DNA from: Bacteroidota bacterium
Lineage (GTDB): Bacteria; Bacteroidota; Bacteroidia; Bacteroidales; JAAUTT01
Length of the DNA: 64,000 nucleotides
NCBI GenBank assembly: GCA_023429135.1
Contig: JAEYWD010000115.1
Coordinates: 74,471-138,470, forward strand
Direction: 5' to 3'
Shown here: positions 58,898 through 64,000 of the stretch, one piece after another
Layout: the number at the start of each line of letters is the position of its first letter
How positions within the stretch are numbered: position 1 is the stretch's first letter
The notes under the pieces: model-generated
What the model was told of the DNA's origin: nothing
What the model saw: only the letters and a program-made list of their open reading frames with translations
Databases searched by the model: none
Translations under genes and position numbers: made by a program

Positions 58898-60772
58898 ATG
58901 AAATACATAAAAAAGAATATACTTATCCTTGCAACAGGATTAATTGCCTTATTCGGATCTTCATGTAACGATGATTTTCTGAATACTCAACCATTAACTC
59001 AAATTACGTCTGATGCCATTTGGAAAGATGTTAATCTTGCGGAAGCATATATGTTTGATATCTATTTCTGCTTTCAGGATGCCGGGTTTGCTGAAACAAT
59101 GCAGTCGTCAGTAACTGATGAATCTCTTTTTATTCACAATTATGGACAGAAAATGTCGAATGAGGCTGCTTATAATGAAACAGATTTAGGTTGGTTCAGT
59201 GAAGATCGCTCCAGTGGACATCAATGGGGACGTCTTTACAGGAACATCCGTAACTGTAACGACTTTATCGAAAATATTGATAAAGCTGAATTTGATGCTG
59301 CCAAAAAGCAACAGTTAAAGGGTGAAGCGTATTTTCTAAGAGCTTATTTTTTACATAGACTTACCCGTGGTTTTGGTGGGGTACCTATTATTTCCAAAGT
59401 TAGCCAACTTGGTCAGTCTGATTATACTCTTCCCAGAAATACCTATACCCAATGTGTCGATTCTGTTGTGAGTGATATTGATAAGGCATCTGTTTTACTC
59501 GAAAACTTCAAATTTGCCAATACACAGAAAGGACGTGCTACCTATGAAGCTTGCCTGGCTCTAAAGTCGAGAGTTCTTCTTGATGCCGCAAGCGATCTTC
59601 ATGATGAAGCAACGGCAACTGCGAAATCTTCAGTTTTATCCGGTTATTCAAATAAGGATTTGCTCTTTTATAAAAATGGATCAAGAACAGAGCGTTGGAT
59701 TGCTGCTAAAAATGCCGCCAAAACTTTAATTGACAATTCTTCTAGTCGTGGTTTTGCTACATTTTCTTCTACAACTGTTGAAGATAGAGCCAAGGAATTT
59801 CAAAATTTCTTCTTAAAGGAGAATGTTGAAACCATATTTGCCCGGTATTTTATAAACACCAAGGACGAAAGCGGCAACTGGCCTGCTCGTTTCAATGGTC
59901 CATGTGGATATCATACATGGGGTGGTAATGTTCCAATACAAGAGTTAGTGGATGATTATGAAATGGCCGATGGTTCCAAATTTGATTGGAATAATTCTGC
60001 GCATAGTTCAGGAATATACAAGAACAGAGAGGCCCGTTTTTATGCTTCCATTATGTATGATGGGATGCAGCACCGCCCTCGGCCTAGCGATTATGGTGTT
60101 TACGATCCATACGGACAGATTCAGACCGGATATTATCAGACAGATCCTTCTCAAACTACTGTAGATAAGTATTGGCAGGGAATGGACACCCGCACAGGTA
60201 AAGGAGAAAAATGGAATGGAACATATACTGGATACTATCTTAAAAAATTCATTGATGTTAATATTGATCCTCAAAACGAAAAAGCTCAAGTACCTTGGGT
60301 ATTTCTGAGATATACAGAAGTTGTTATGAACTATATTGAGGCTTGCATAGAATTAGGTGGAGCTGACCTGAGTGAGGCTAAAACCTGGCTCAATAAGATT
60401 CGTACCAGAGCTATGCTTCCCGAAATTACCTCCAACGACCAGAATGTTTTGAGAGAAGCTTATCGTCATGAACGGCGCATTGAAATGGCTTTTGAAGAGC
60501 AACGTTATTGGGATGTTCGTCGCTGGATGATTGCACCCACCGTTCCAGGAATTATTGGTATGCATGGTATCAGAGTTGAAGCTACTTTAAAACCCGGACA
60601 AATAGGTCAGGCTATTTATAAGCATGATGAAAATATCTATAAATATACCTATAACAAGTTGGATCTTTCGGCTGTTGAGGCACGGCAGTGGAAGGATAAG
60701 TGTTATTTCCTGCCTATTCATAGAGATGAAATGAATAGGAATGATAAACTGATACAAAACCCAGGTTACTAA
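58898..60772 (+). CDS. SusD/RagB-family nutrient-binding lipoprotein
   Basis: 624 aa. Lipobox LFGSSC, SusD-like TPR core (EAYFLRAYFLHRLTRGFGGVPI, RYTEVVMNYIEACIELG, ERRIEMAFEEQRYWDVRRW), and a C-terminal NPGY. Confidence 0.92.
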   Translation: MKYIKKNILILATGLIALFGSSCNDDFLNTQPLTQITSDAIWKDVNLAEAYMFDIYFCFQDAGFAETMQSSVTDESLFIHNYGQKMSNEAAYNETDLGWFSEDRSSGHQWGRLYRNIRNCNDFIENIDKAEFDAAKKQQLKGEAYFLRAYFLHRLTRGFGGVPIISKVSQLGQSDYTLPRNTYTQCVDSVVSDIDKASVLLENFKFANTQKGRATYEACLALKSRVLLDAASDLHDEATATAKSSVLSGYSNKDLLFYKNGSRTERWIAAKNAAKTLIDNSSSRGFATFSSTTVEDRAKEFQNFFLKENVETIFARYFINTKDESGNWPARFNGPCGYHTWGGNVPIQELVDDYEMADGSKFDWNNSAHSSGIYKNREARFYASIMYDGMQHRPRPSDYGVYDPYGQIQTGYYQTDPSQTTVDKYWQGMDTRTGKGEKWNGTYTGYYLKKFIDVNIDPQNEKAQVPWVFLRYTEVVMNYIEACIELGGADLSEAKTWLNKIRTRAMLPEITSNDQNVLREAYRHERRIEMAFEEQRYWDVRRWMIAPTVPGIIGMHGIRVEATLKPGQIGQAIYKHDENIYKYTYNKLDLSAVEARQWKDKCYFLPIHRDEMNRNDKLIQNPGY

Positions 60773-60789
60773 TTCTGGATTACATTCAG

Positions 60790-60827
60790 GCAAGTACGGG
60801 CAAAATTGTTCGTACTTGCTTTTTTTA
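60790..60827 (+). terminator. Rho-independent terminator after the susD-like gene
   Basis: 9-bp stem GCAAGTACG (60790-60798) pairs with CGTACTTGC (60811-60819) around a 12-nt loop, followed by T8 (60820-60827). Confidence 0.7.
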
Positions 60828-60861
60828 TTTTTAAAAAGGCTAAATTTGAAAATCATATTAA

Positions 60862-64000
<3,139 letters not shown>

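Overview
This is an AT-rich chromosomal segment with clear Bacteroidota hallmarks: an ECF-sigma/FecR/SusC/SusD/GH2 PUL, a GLPGLI protein, a DUF5686 protein, LytS/LytTR, and TAnnTTTG-type -7 boxes. It is unusually dense in signal transduction. The centre (15.2-40.4 kb) is a split chemosensory supercluster, all on the minus strand. It holds five paralogous methyl-accepting chemotaxis proteins (MCPs), two CheW, one CheA, a CheR lacking its N-terminal domain, and an embedded MBL-fold hydrolase. No CheY, CheB or flagellar genes occur in the window. Four elements lie between the two che units: a ZIP metal transporter, a 42-bp tandem array of alternating palindromes, a hypothetical gene, and a KaiA-less kaiC-kaiB-kaiB-PAS-histidine-kinase operon. 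This KaiC carries a C-terminal coiled-coil-like extension. The most interesting hypothesis is that a Kai hourglass/timer module is genomically coupled to a non-flagellar chemosensory pathway with unusual parts. Those parts are an xFE(S/N)F C-terminal receptor pentapeptide, a short CheR, an MBL hydrolase in place of CheB, Cys-rich PAS-like inserts in two MCPs, and a shared bipartite upstream motif. The flanks hold ordinary genes: two-component systems, outer-membrane proteins, a DAG-kinase/App1 phosphatase pair, aspartate kinase, a PagL-like hydrolase, a PAS-kinase cluster, and a PUL ending in a 3'-truncated LacZ-like GH2. I recognised no rRNA, complete tRNA, CRISPR array, transposase or integrase. 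All family assignments come from motif recognition by eye; no searches were run.
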